Counted from the first letter of the whole stretch, positions 25,239 through 38,611 are shown. The stretch: DNA of 62,786 bases, filler included, from Basidiobolus ranarum (GCA_040143965.1; 21 parts of 21 records of this genome joined end to end with filler, not necessarily neighbours in it), one strand, 5' to 3'. Translations and numbers: made by a program. Notes: a model not told the origin generated them from the letters alone.

Positions 25239-26136
25239 ACAGTGTGACTATTTCTACATTTCCTTTTTAAGTTCTTAGGAATTTACTGATTTGATCATCC
25301 TGCAAATTATGTCGTTTTTAGTGAGTTTATGTGATTGTTGGCAGGATAGCTTATAATTCTCTTTCATATATATATAATACATCTATTTCATATTTTATCA
25401 TCGTTCCTTTTCTTATTTGTATGTGTATAGAATACGCTGTAGCCATTTAATCCTTCCCGAATACTTAGGAAGGGTACTAAGTATATATTGTGTTGTTGAT
25501 TCCTTCACACCCACTTCCAGTCTATTCTTCACTTACCAATCAATCACTGATATTGTTCTATTACACTTGTGCTATTGCACTAGTAACCAATCATAAGATA
25601 TGAAGTTAGTAGTTATTTCTCACTATTTAGAAGAGGATATATGACGTAGAAGAGGATGTATTATGTAGAAGAGGATTGATTTCCAGATAACAGGTATGGT
25701 TTCAGTATTGGTGAATAACACAATACATAGAGTTCCTACTCCTCAATGTAAGAATAAATACTATGTGTTGATTAGATATTGAAAATCTGGGGCAATCTAA
25801 GGGCAACTCTTACTGCCCTAGTCAGTTGAAATGTATTCAAATGTGGCAGTCTACAATAAATAAAACCTAAATTCAGCCCTTGTGATTATCTGAATTGGTG
25901 AGTAGCATTTAAGGTAGGGTGATGCAAAGCACTAGTTGATGTAAACACTATTTTGCTTATATGCTAATCCAAACAAACTCACATTTAAGACATCATTCTT
26001 CCTAGAGATTGTAATAGTACAGGATTATACCCATACTTCACTTCAAAGAGATCAAGAAAGGTATTTTAGAGGCAAAGTACTGCTTCCAAAGGTCTAGCTG
26101 AGAGTCTATAGCAACAACTTTAGGCTGCTTTGTTTC

Positions 26137-26916
26137 TATTGGGAAAATATGGGCGGTTTGGAGGAACTTTAGAAAAGTGGAGTTGTGAATAGCTTTGTGA
26201 GATAATTGTTTATTGTCCAGAAATAAAGCATTTATACTTTTTGGTGGAAATACAGAAAACTAACACTGGGGTTGTGTTTAGAACATCTGTGGGAGTAAAA
26301 TAAGCTATCTTTGGGGCAATTTGGACAAGTTTGAAATTTCCAATATGAAATTGCTAATTCTCACATTATTCACATATATATATAATATATGTTCCGATTT
26401 TCAGCTAAATGATATTTGACTAAGTAATGTTAACTAACTTATATGTGATATATGAAATAGTTAGGTGTATAAAGATAAAGATAACAAATATGATAAAGAC
26501 AATAAACTTCAACACTCCCACTCAACTAAATATTCATATATCTTAATCCTAACTTAAATCTTAATTCTTCAAATTTAGGCTTGGGTAATGGTTTGGTAAG
26601 GATGTCAGCAATCATGTCCTCAGTTGGACAGTACTCCAGTTGGACATGCTTATTCTCAATAGCTTCCCTAACAAAGTGATGTTGAATATCAATGTGCTTA
26701 CTTCTAGCATGAAATTTGGGATTTTTAGCTAAAGAAATACAACTTTGATTATCCTTGAAAATTATGGTGGGTGAACTTTGAATAATGCCCAAGTCTTTGA
26801 ACAGCTTCCTTAACCACATAGCCTCCTTTGTTGTATGTGATGCTGCCATGTACTCTGCTTCAGTTGTTGAAAGTGCTATGGTGGGTTGTTTCTTGCTATT
26901 CCAAGATATGGCTGCT
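26137..26916 (-). mobile_element. Copia family B 3' end: open RNase H, PPT and complete 3' LTR-B (26514-26137)
   Basis: ALSTTEAEY, KHIDIQHHFVRE and ADILTKPL motifs; GAGTGGGAG PPT; LTR reads TGTTG...CCCAATA. Confidence 0.95.
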
Positions 26917-27016
26917 NNNNNNNNNNNNNNNNNNNNNNNNNNNNNNNNNNNNNNNNNNNNTTAATTAATTAANNNNNNNNNNNNNNNNNNNNNNNNNNNN
27001 NNNNNNNNNNNNNNNN

Positions 27017-29718
27017 CAATGATAGCAGGGCTTCTGTGAACATTTGTGTTGTGGCATGAGAAGAATATTGTAGAAAAAAGAACACCTCCTATGTGAGGGT
27101 GGTGTTTAAGGTATAGCCCATCAAAATCATCAGCTGATTCTAAGACGGTATCACAGATGAGTTAGCAGGGGATTTACAAGATATTTCAGGTGATGGATGG
27201 CAATTTTGGTTTATGATAAGATGTTTCTAAGCAATTTCATTACACTAAGATTACCATCGGAAAATTTCAATGCAACTCATACAAAATTCAAGATCTATAT
27301 CAAAATTGGCTTCCAAGCAAAAGCCAGCTGGTACAAAAGGAAAAACCATCAAGAACAGAGGACTCAATAGATTGGCAATGTAGTGATCCACTATCCACTC
27401 TGGAAGGCATTGACATACCAGAAACTAACTCAAGTAAGGATGAAGCATTGATCAATTTGCCAGATGTGTTCCTTTACAGCAATAGTGCAAGTGAAGTGAT
27501 TAAGACCCCCCAATTATGTAGTAAATCAATAGTTGAGCCAAGTTTGACAGAAGCACCATCAAGACAATCTGCTTCCATAATGGCTACTTTGTCAACTATC
27601 AAACAACCCTCTATAGAAAATTAGGATAGAACTATTGTAACAAGGGAATTGCAGGCAGAACACCATAATGATTTCAATGAAATCATAAGTAAAAATAAAT
27701 AAATTGCTATACAGGCCATGACAAGCAAAAATGCTACAAAATTGCAATTAATTCAGTGCTCTGAAGTAACTAATCAGAATACTGTACTTGAACTACAGCA
27801 ACATGTTTCTCCTGCTGTCCATTCTCATATGGGATTTCAAGCAATCCTGCACCATACATATGAATGTCACCATGACAATCTGCTACAGCTTAATATGTGC
27901 TGGACCATCAAGCCTACCCAACAACCCAAAATTGCTTGGTCACATGGAAGTAGAAATCTCGTAGGAAAACTGGCAAACCAAAAGACTCTGAATGTCAGAG
28001 CTGCTGTCACTGGCTCTGATGCCAAGTGGCTCAACATATTGGAACTTTTGTGGAATCTTGCACAGAATCACCTCAATTTGAGCCAATCATTGAAAAACCA
28101 AAACTAGATGTTACGCTGAACATTGTCGACTAATTTTATGCGGCTTATCCTGGGTTTTTGCAAGCAAATGGCAATTGGGCTAGTATAGGCCTATTCATAA
28201 AACATCTCAAGAATATATGTGATTGTTGACTTGACAAAGAAAGAATAGCAGCTAAAGAATTACTCAAGGAGCAGGAAGTTAGTAAACCCAAGGGAAAGGC
28301 AAAGGAGCCAGTGAGTTTAGGCTCTACTGTCCCATTTACCAAATTCTTCACACCATTGAAAAAATCTGTATTCCCAGAGTCTAATATACTAGCAAAAAAG
28401 CTTAATTTCACCATGGAACCATGTACACCAGTTGGAAGAGTGCTAAATTTGGAAGTTAATCCAAAGCCTGACTTCTCTCAACATGCCAAAATATCAGCAA
28501 ATAAACTGACAGCTCCCCAACCTCAACTGGTACTTTTCAAAATGTTGCAATTAGCCCAAACTTAAAGGCAAGCAAAAAGCCACACAAACACCACTGAACA
28601 CCCTTAGTAGTGTTGCACTACAAGGATGTAAAAAATAGTCAAAGAGCTTGAGGAGTATTTTCCAAAGTATAGAGGGAAAAATGCAGCGCATGTAAATGTG
28701 AATTCAATGGTGGGCTTTAATGGAAATAGTGATACAAACTCATGTTAGATATGGGCTAATCCTTTGGTATGAAGAACTTTACAGAAACTGGCAAGAAAAT
28801 ATATCACAGAAACTAGAGACTGTGCTATTCATGAAACATCTCAGAAATGTATGTAATATTTAACTTGAAAATGAAAGAAAAGCAGCTAAAGAAGTATTCT
28901 AGGAGCAAGAAGTTAGTAAACCTGAGGGAGAAGCAAAGGAGCCAGTAAGCTTAGGCTCTACTGGCCCACTTACTGAATTCTGCACACCATTACAAAGATC
29001 TGCATTCCGTAAGTCAGATATTCTGGCAAAAAAGCTAAATTTTATCATGGAACTAGAACACCAGTTGGAAGAGTGCTAAATTTAGAAGTTTATCTCACAC
29101 CTGGCACCTCTCAACAAGCCAAAACACCAACAAATAGAACACACAGCTCTCCAACCTCAACTGGTACTTTCGAAAGTGTTGAAATTAGCCCCAAACTTAA
29201 AGAAAGCAAGAAGCCACACAAACACCGCAAAGAACCCTCTATAGTTTCATACTACAAGGATGTACAAAATATTAAAAGTGCAGGAGGAGTATTTTCAAAA
29301 GTGTGAAGGAAAAACACAGTGCAAATATTCAGAAAGTGGCTTCAGAAGAAGAACATTCAACTTTACATTCAGTCTGGTATTGACTGTGAAGATATCTGGA
29401 AAGAACTTAATACATAGTAGCACAATTTTACAGGGTATCTACCAGATAGCTAGAAGAATCTTGATTCAGCAACATTAATACAATGGTGGGCTTTGATGGA
29501 GATATTGATACAAGCTTGCGTTGGTTATAAGCTAAACCTTGGGTATGAAGAATTCTATGAAATATTAAGGAGAATATATCAATGAAACTGGGGATTTTGA
29601 AGGTGACAAATTAGGATTCAAGTGGTAAATGTGCAACATTTGAGTTATGTTTTTGGCACATGTGTTGACCCAGAGTTCTCTCAAATTGTAGCCAATCATG
29701 TGCAACTACTTTGCAATG
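27017..29718 (+). mobile_element. CACTA/CMC-like ORF2 remnant with internal tandem duplication (~28190-28820 and ~28825-29720)
   Basis: Collinear with 38994-40488 and with the reverse complement of 23199-23920; many stops. Confidence 0.85.
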
Positions 29719-30012
29719 ATAAAAGTGTTTAGGGGATTTGGAAGTGTTTTGGACAAGATTTGGATTTGTGAATTAGACACTTAAGTTTTATTGAATTGAA
29801 CATGCCCTATTTATAGTTTACTATGAAATAGGACTATTGGACGTGCTTAGATCATAACAAACATGCCTGTTAAGCATGGGTGAAAATTTGAGGTGATTTG
29901 GAGAAGTTTTGANNNNNNNNNNNNNNNNNNNNNNNNNNNNNNNNNNNNNNNNNNNNTTAATTAATTAANNNNNNNNNNNNNNNNNNNNNNNNNNNNNNNN
30001 NNNNNNNNNNNN

Positions 30013-30146
30013 TCTACGATGCCAGGTATTTCTATGAACTGAGCAATATTGTAGATAGGGCTTTCAGGGTTGAGTTGTTGTGCCAGCCAAATTTCAGTTT
30101 GCATAGCGGATAACGGATACATTTTTGGGTGGGTGAATGGTGCCAT
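30013..30146 (-). CDS. Non-ribosomal peptide synthetase, N-terminal (starter) condensation domain, 5' fragment
   Basis: [42 protein letters not shown] contains the C1 motif (LSxxQxxIW...YNI). Only ~44 codons are visible. Confidence 0.85.
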
Positions 30147-31717
30147 TTTCACTTGAGGATGCCGATTGTAGATGGACTGATTTTATAGAAAAGTAGACCA
30201 GAGTTAGAACTGTGATCACAAATCAGTCAGAGAAGTTCAGACAAATGAGCCTAATCACCTCAGTGTAAGGAATATATTAAGTACAAATCAAAATATGACA
30301 GTAAGAAAAGTGGTTGTAGGTAGAGGTTTTCCCAATGTTCTAGGTCTGTGCTTCAATTAACCAACAAGCTATGGTGTACTGCTAGTCTCTAGGGGAGCTT
30401 TGAAGACAAACTATCTATGTTAATACGTGAAAAATTGGCAGTGTATTACAATTTATAAGCAAGTGACTTCATATATGTTTTTTGAAAGGGTCTGACAAAT
30501 GCTCCAATGACTCAGCATTGGAGTAATAAATACGATCTGAATATGGGGATCAATCTGGGGGAACGAAATATTTACGTTTGGTCATGTCACTGCATGAAGT
30601 TGCAGAATACATCAGTAACTGCTGAAGTATTATTGTAAAATATCCGAGGATGGGCTTTCTCTTTACATTACTATGAATCCATCCAAGATGGCTCCCAGTG
30701 AGTGCTGATCTATTGACCTGATTTATTTCCGAGATCAAGGCGTCGTAGTAAGCATGGACAACTGGAGGATAGAATATTGAGAGTAAGGTTGTATACTGCG
30801 TTACAATGCAGTAGAGATCTGTTTCAGCGAGATCACTGTAGGTAGAAAGCCGAGTTTCGGGACTGCAATGTTTGCTAAAACGAAATTTGATGGATAGATA
30901 TGCTCTTAAAGCTTGTCTGCAGATTGGCCAGTGTAATTAGAGTTGAAGTTTCATATTGCACTCGCTTGATACAGTTTCATTAGAGTTATCAATACATATC
31001 TGCATGTATTATACAGGCACATGTTCCTACCATAGATTGTGGATGCGAAGCAGCATGGTACAGCGAAGACAAAGTTTCAAACCTGCAACAAACTACCTGA
31101 AGCATCCCTCTATTATACTTTGCTACTATTCTTTATACCTCTATGATTAGTTTTATGTATTTCCCAACGTGTATATCAATGTATATCTCAAGCTCGACAA
31201 AGCGATCCACGCTAATCTGATGCTATATCAATTAGCCTAATTCATCAAGGGAGCCAAGCTCTCGTAGCTAGCAGCAGGAAAGAAGATGACTCCCACATAT
31301 GCACATCATTTCTTACAATTGCAAATTTAAATTCAAATAACTTGTATCTTATTTGCCCGACCTATTCGAATATTCGTTTTCATTCGTTCAAGATCTAATA
31401 ATTAAGTTTATTATATAATGGATTTTACTACTTGTTGATATATTTGGTACTCATCTTTGCCATTTCAAAATATGGGAATCAACCTGAGATTAGTGTCATG
31501 AATCTTGAAGCTTCGAAGTCACCCCAACAAACCCTATGATGGCTCGTTGTACTATCGTAGATTCTTGGAACACAATCCCATTGTTTTTTCAATATTTCCG
31601 CCATTTTGTTCAAATAATGTACTTTAGGTCAATTCATGAATAACTTTAAACACATAATACATTCATTTCGTTGTATATGATTAGAGCTCACCTTTTCCAG
31701 AACCTCTCTTATTACTT

Positions 31718-32334
31718 ATGCAATGATTTTTTATTGGTATGCTGACACTACAACGCTAACAAAGAGCACCCTGTTCTACCAGAATTACCATGCCTCTGAG
31801 AGCTGGTAGATCTACTTCCAGTCTGACCATACTCTCCAGGGTAAGACTGCGGTTGGAAATGGAGGAGACAATTGCAATGGAAATGGCAGCACCGGAGCTG
31901 GTGCATATGCTGCTGTTAAGGGTAGTAATGGAAAAGGCAATGTTAACGGTGGCTTTGGTAATGGCAATAATGGGGCTGGCACTTATAATTCTGGCAAGAG
32001 TGATAGCAGAAGCAGTGCTGGAAATGGTTGTCCCGACAACAGAGGAGATAATGGTTATGACAATGGCGGTGAAGGAGCTGGCCCTTATGATGCTTGAAAT
32101 AGTTGAGCCAATGGAAAAGGCAACAGTGGCCATGAAGCTGGTACCTACAATACTGCAATGGGTGGAAATGGAAATGCCGTGATAGCGGTGGTTTTAGTAA
32201 TGGAGGAGATCATAGATAATTGCAATTGAGCTGGCGTTCATGATGCTGGAAAGTATGGGGATGGTAATGGCCACGGTGGCAACGGTGGCAATAGATCTGG
32301 ATCTTCTGATACTGGAAAGGGTGATTTAGGGTGA
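31718..32334 (+). pseudogene. Gly/Asn-rich repeat protein remnant
   Basis: A frame not in the ORF track reads GNGGDNCNGNGSTGAGAYAA..GAGTYNSG..GAGPYDA*, with repeated GAGxYD units and in-frame stops. Confidence 0.6.
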
Positions 32335-32907
32335 TGAAAAGCACCAGAAGGTGCAATCTTTATTTATCTCAAGTTGGACAACAAAGATAAATAATGAAGC
32401 CAAGATAGAACTAAAATTCATAGGATGAAGCTAACTAAAATCTTTTTAAGGCAGCTTCCCAAGTTTCTTCATATATGATGAAGGTGTAGGGATGAAGTAC
32501 CTGAGCTTGAGAAATATGGAAGTCTTTCAGTAACTTTGTTATGAGTGGAGAGCAAGAAAACCTTAGAATTGAAGAAAATCTTATAAGCAGAGTATCCTTT
32601 AAAGAAAAGGGCATATAAAGTGGTGTATCAGCATTTTCTTTGAAGTAATGAGCTCTTGGCTCCCAAGGGAGACTATCATACACTTACTCAGAGAGTTTTG
32701 CAATGACACTCTTTTCAATCATAAACTCAAGAGTATAGTGATTGAAGTACCTTGTGTTAATAATTGTAACAATATCAATACTTTCTATAAAATTACTTAG
32801 GGGGGATGAAAAGCACCAGATGGTGTAGACTTTATTTAGCTTAAATACTAATCTAAACAAAGTGACAATCAAGACATCAATCTTTTGAGATATTGTGACA
32901 ATACTGA
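32335..32907 (+). mobile_element. Third LTR-like family (C): two TGA.AA.CACCAGA.GG starts (32335 and 32807), the second after a G-rich PPT-like tract
   Basis: The same motif follows AGGGGGGA at 51052 on the - strand; CpG-free. Confidence 0.5.
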
Positions 32908-33488
32908 NNNNNNNNNNNNNNNNNNNNNNNNNNNNNNNNNNNNNNNNNNNNTTAATTAATTAANNNNNNNNNNNNNNNNNNNNNNNNNNNNNNNNNNNNN
33001 NNNNNNNTTACTATGGATCTCGTTAATAATGGAGATTTGGATATTCCATTGCTTCAAATTTTTTCATATATTCACTTATTTATTTAGCATACTCTAGGAC
33101 AATATACTCACTCAATTCATCACAAATATTTATATGAAACCAAAATAAATCGTATCCACTCATTTTTAATGAATTCTCTAGATCAAATTTTCCCTCCAAA
33201 TTGAGCAACGGGTGAGAAAAACAATGATGCAAGTACCCTGGTGAGACGGGTTTATTGTTGACCCTTTGTAGGTTGATCGAACAAAGCTGAAAGGGTCTTT
33301 CAATTACACCAAGCAGGTACCAAATTGATTCATTTAATAGTTAATCTGTAGCGTACTATCTATGACTCCTTTGACCATCCCTTAGTAATTGGAGCCAATT
33401 ATGCGACATACTTGGACCTTTCGACTCGTTCGATGTATATAAGAAATGGATAACCCCATATCATCAAAATTATTTCTTCTTCACTACT

Positions 33489-34757
33489 ATGTCACCCGAT
33501 CCCAAGAAATATGTCAAAGCGTTATACGACTATCAAACCCCACTAGATAAAACCTTCGCGTTCCAGGCTGGTGAGGTACTCTACGTGATTGGACAAGAAA
33601 ACGATAGGGATTGGTGGATTGTTTGTAACCCAATTACCAAGAAATCTGGCATGGTCCCAGTGAAATTTTTGAAGGTCATTGAAGAAGTAGACGCATCTTC
33701 TGGACGAAAGCTACAACCCCGTAGGAGTAAGAGAGCAGATACCTCCCCAAAAACTGACACCATCAATACAAGAAAACGAGGAATTTCAAATGCACAAGCA
33801 GCCCTGTGTGGAGAAATTGTTAATGATTTCGTTGGCACCACCACAGATCAACTAAGTGTTCGTGCTGGTGAGATCGTGGTGGTAGTTGGATGTCCTATAG
33901 CCACTCCAGGGTGGATTTCAGTTAAACCTATTGGGAAGTCGGTCACTCCTGGGCTGATTCCTCGTTCATATGTCCAAGTTTATGATGCACACACGAGGGA
34001 AATAATCACCGATATACGCTCTCGTTTACCTAAATCTACATCAATGAAACAACAGATAATCAGAGAAGAAATCCTTTCAGCTTGTGTTTATGGATGTCGA
34101 TCACTCGAAAAGCAAAATGAATATCAACTGGAAATCACTTTATCGAAACCACCATTTTCCAGAAAATTGACAAAAACCTATTATGAGTTTCGCCAATTTC
34201 ACCTCGGCCTTCTAAACCACCTTTCGGACTTCACCGATCTACAAATATTGATCCCAAATCTACCACCATCACCCGCACCCGCACCTCCGCTCACTGGCAA
34301 CTCCAAAGACACTCGACAGAAAATGACCCAACTGACCTCGTATTTAATAGAAATTTGTGAGCTACCTCCGAAGGTCAAAGACCACCCACTTGTTAAGAGC
34401 TTTTTTGGAGAACCAACTTCACATGTGTCAAAAGATTGCCACCTCAATCACTCTTCGACTCCGGTAGTGCCTCCAACGCCGATATCAAATAAGTCTACGG
34501 AGTTTGGCAAAGTGAAAGTGATTAAAGGTTCAGATATTATCATTGTAAGAGTGTCCATCAGTATTTCATATAACGAACTCAAATCGATGATTATCAAGAG
34601 ACTTTCAACAATTCATTCACTTGGTTATTATAATAATGAGGAAATAGTCTCTGACCATTCCAACTTCATTACCATTGCTACTGATCAAGAGTTACAATTG
34701 GCTTGGTATCAAACAATTCAAAAAAACTCCCTCAAATTACTTTTGTATGCTAATTAG
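33489..34757 (+). CDS. Bem1/Scd2-like polarity scaffold (SH3-SH3-PX-PB1), 422 aa, intronless
   Basis: VKALYDY..WW..GMVP (SH3), second SH3 ending PGLIPRSYV, YYEFRQFHLGLL..PNLP (PX), KVKV..DIIIVRV..IATDQEL (PB1); TATATAAG upstream. Confidence 0.88.
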   Translation: MSPDPKKYVKALYDYQTPLDKTFAFQAGEVLYVIGQENDRDWWIVCNPITKKSGMVPVKFLKVIEEVDASSGRKLQPRRSKRADTSPKTDTINTRKRGISNAQAALCGEIVNDFVGTTTDQLSVRAGEIVVVVGCPIATPGWISVKPIGKSVTPGLIPRSYVQVYDAHTREIITDIRSRLPKSTSMKQQIIREEILSACVYGCRSLEKQNEYQLEITLSKPPFSRKLTKTYYEFRQFHLGLLNHLSDFTDLQILIPNLPPSPAPAPPLTGNSKDTRQKMTQLTSYLIEICELPPKVKDHPLVKSFFGEPTSHVSKDCHLNHSSTPVVPPTPISNKSTEFGKVKVIKGSDIIIVRVSISISYNELKSMIIKRLSTIHSLGYYNNEEIVSDHSNFITIATDQELQLAWYQTIQKNSLKLLLYAN

Positions 34758-35561
34758 GTTGATTCGTCGCATCCCCTCCCTTGAATTAATTGGATATTAA
34801 TCGCATGATAATAAATATTGTTGTATGTATGTATATATACCAAAACTGGCCAATCTTCGGGAAAATATGACTGAGTAGTCCAGTTATGAATAGAGAGCAG
34901 TTTAAAGACATACTAACCATACATTCTCAAAAAGTGAATTTATTATTACTAGTGATGATACTTATTTCCTAAAGAGTTAAGAGCTTTGAATATACATAGG
35001 GGATTTAATACAAACATTTCGAAATTTACATAGACATCACGAATACTGCAAACTATACAACTTGAAGGAACATACTACTGGTTTACATATAAACAAAGTG
35101 CCAGCTTTGTACCATTCCTTCGTCACACTCTCTTTCCGATAAAGACCCGTCGTGAATGGAAATAGGTAAAGTCACGTCTTCACGAAGTTCACAACTTCCA
35201 AAAGAGTCGGGTGAAACTGGATGTTGGCTGACATCAGAATTTTGAGAGTAGTATGGTGGAAAGGAAAACCAAGTCTCAAAAGCTGACTATAAAGTGAACA
35301 AGGTTAGGCTTCTAATAGAAATAGGTAATTGGACTGGGTAAAAGAGAGAAAATACCTTAATATAGTTACTAAAATTTTGGGATTTTTTAGACATTTTATG
35401 AGGGGTAATTTAAGGGATTTAAAGAGTCTTTATATCCTTCAGAAGATGCTTCAACATTATATATAAACAGTGATTGTTATTAGTCTACAAATCATATGAT
35501 TCGCATAGTCAGATCTCTCTCATTTCTGTTGCGGAAAGATCGGATTGCATACCAGTGAGCA

Positions 35562-35607
35562 CGAGAATAGATGACTACGAGAATAGATGACTACAAGAAT
35601 AGATGAC
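35562..35607. repeat. 16-bp tandem repeat, ~3 copies
   Basis: cgagaatagatgacta repeated directly. Confidence 0.85.
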
Positions 35608-36001
35608 CACTTCCCAAACTGAGCCTGATAAGATATCAGCCGGATTCCTGAAGTCTGCGGACTATGATGACGTGTTGATGAAGCAAACAAACCAGCAATA
35701 TTCAGCTACCCGATCTAGCAACAATGAATAAGAAATATTCTGAACAAATAAGGATCAAACAACGTCCAAATCTACAGTTTATTTGTGAAATGTGAATGAA
35801 TGCTAATTAATTATGGTAGATGTTGAGAGCGATTAAATATGACGAAAGTTATTACAAAATGTTGAAATCTCTCCACGACCGTTTAACGGGATCCATAGTA
35901 GNNNNNNNNNNNNNNNNNNNNNNNNNNNNNNNNNNNNNNNNNNNNTTAATTAATTAANNNNNNNNNNNNNNNNNNNNNNNNNNNNNNNNNNNNNNNNNNN
36001 N

Positions 36002-38611
36002 AAGATTTCTTCCCCAGTCTGCATCACTGTAGCCTGCAAAATATGATGCATCAGCAGTTGCAGAGTATTCCAGAACTAGATCTACAGTTCCTCTCAAATA
36101 ACTGAATATTTGCTTTATTGCAGTTTGATGCTCAGATCCTGCTTTTTTGAGATATTGGCTGACAGTTCCCATGGCCACAGCAATATCTAAAAGTGTTCCA
36201 ACCATTGTATAAATTAAACTACCTACCATGGATTGATCAGGGAACTCCTGGCTTTGAATGGAGTCATTCTGGCCCAAATTGGATATACGTCTATATACTT
36301 GGCTTTGGTAGTAGAAAGCGCATCAAATGGTTGCTTCTTACTGTTCCAAGTCATGGTTCATTACCATTGAGAAAACTGTATTCAAATGTTCATCTTTGAT
36401 AATCAAGGTTTCTTCCTCAGTCTGAATCACTTTAGCCTTCAAAATCTTGTGCAAAAGCAGTGCCAGATCATTGCAGAACTTGATTTGCAGAGCCTCTCAA
36501 ATACCTGAATATTAGTTTTAGTGCAGTACTGAGCACAGTTCCTAGACTACTAACATGTTCTACCATTGTATACATTGAACACCCCACCAGGGATTGATAA
36601 GGGAACTACTGGCTTTGATTTGAGTCATTTTGAGCCAAATCTGATGAAAATATGATTAATTTCACATGGGAGTCCATTGGTGTTGATACAGGCTTGTTTT
36701 TCTCAATGTTGAAGCATTTTAGGATGTCTAGGATGTATCTAGACTGATTAAGCCTTAATTTCTGAATAGGTTTATCTCTGTTCATCTAAAATTTAGGCAA
36801 ATAACTTAATTCTCCTATATCAGTCTTCTGAAATTGGTTTGATAGTTTTTTTTGCCTGATTAAGTGCTTATTAAATAAATGTGGCTATGATCAGGTCATC
36901 CACATATAGTGGCAATATAAGGAGCCTAATTCCAGTAGTTTTGAAGCCAATACTTTGATCTGCTGTACATTTTTAGAATTCCAGTGATTCCAAATGGGTA
37001 CCTATCTTGTTATATCATGCCCTGAGTGGTTGCTTGACTCCATATAGCAATTTTTGCTATATACAGTCCATATCAGGAGTTTTTGGGTCAACATCTCCAT
37101 CTGGTTGCTTCATATTAATATCTTCTTCTACATTTACGTTCAGAAAGGCACTTTTTACATCCATTTGATTTGAATCAAAGTTGTGGATGGCTGGGAGTGC
37201 CAGGATTGATCTTCTGGAGGTATACTAAGCAACTGCAGCAAAAGTCTCATTGAAATCGCCTCCTGGAGTCTAGGACTAGCCTTTTACAACTAATCTTGCT
37301 TTGCATCCTCCTATGATTCCACTGGCTTGGTTTTAGACTCTGTAGAACCATATGCAAACTGTTTGCTTTCTTGCCCATGGTAGAGGCTTTAAAACCCACA
37401 TTTCATGGTCCCTGGCTGATTTCTCTTTCTTGATGATGTTCTACATCCTTGATTATTCTTTGATGTAATGGGGACAGGAATCTTGGCCCAATAGAGCTCA
37501 AATAGAGCTGGAATCCTTTCTGAAACTTCCCAAATAGTTCTGCTTGTGTTTTCTGGTTCAAGAACTGTGCTTTGAGGAGAAAAATTTGCTTTTTCATTAA
37601 CAATCACATCTCTGCAATAAATTAACTTCTGATTTTGGGTATCTGACTGTTGCACAGTTTAAATTGAGCTTGCCATCTCCACTATGGCTTTATTAGCTTG
37701 TTCTGCCACTCCATTTAGGTGTGGAGCATAAGGTACAGTAGTTTGTTGCATATTTCCTTGTTTAGAACAAAAACTAGCAAAGCATTTAGAGCAGTATACA
37801 TTGCCATTGGCACTCTTTGATAGCCTTATTTGTTATGCTGAACCATTTGGTACCAATTTGTTCAGTGCTTGAATGTAGATAAGTCTTCATATTTTGATTT
37901 AAGAGAGAATTTCCAATTATATCTTATTTTATCATCAATGAACTTCTTAAAGTACTTTTTGCCACCTGATGAGAACAATGTTTGTGGGCCCACAGAGTTA
38001 AGAAAAAATCACGGCAAAATTCCAAGTGTTTTTGCTCTCTCCAGAGCTTGAAAATAACTCTGTGTTATGTTTCTATATATGCAACCTTGACACAGATCCA
38101 ATTAGGTCATACTTTCAACTTCCAAGCCTGAAACAAGCTGATTTTTGAACATTTAAGTCAGTTTTGTTTCCAATATAATCTAAACTTCTATGCCATGTTT
38201 GAGAGCTTAGTTCACTGGTCTGATCAAGCTTGCTTGCACAGAATGCAATTCATTGATTTCCGGCTTGTGTAAGTTTTGAGTTTTGATAGCAGTAGCTCAT
38301 TTGGTTCTCTTCCGATCTATGAGAATATACCTAGCCTTGCTAAACAGCATATTTGGTCCTTGAGTTGTTTCTTGGCCTACTGAGAGTATATTTTTGGCTA
38401 TACTTGGTACATAGAGTACAACATCCAATTTTGCAAATGGTGCAACTAAATTGTTTTCTTAACTGAGCACCACTGTGCCCATACCAGCTACATCTGGTGC
38501 ATAGTCATCACTCAAGTTGACTTTCCTTATTTAGATGGGCTTTAAGGCGGAAAACCAACCTCCCTTGTTTGGCAAATGTTGAGAAGCTTCTGAATCAATG
38601 AGCCATGTTTC
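36002..38611 (-). mobile_element. Decayed copia pol (protease-integrase-RT-start of RNase H) with a short internal duplication
   Basis: WLIDSEASQH, WHRSL, TVPYAPHLNGVAE, QMDVKSAFLN, LYVDDL and GYSDADWG motifs in copia order. Confidence 0.93.

Noticed and set aside
29720-29912. Possible further LTR fragment (CTATAAATAG on the - strand)
   Set aside because: There is no second copy, terminus, PBS or PPT in the window to support the call.
31790-32182. Met/Val/Leu-rich ORF and its antisense ORFs as membrane proteins
   Set aside because: They are off-frame shadows of the Gly/Asn-rich repeat (GGN-AAT codon pattern).
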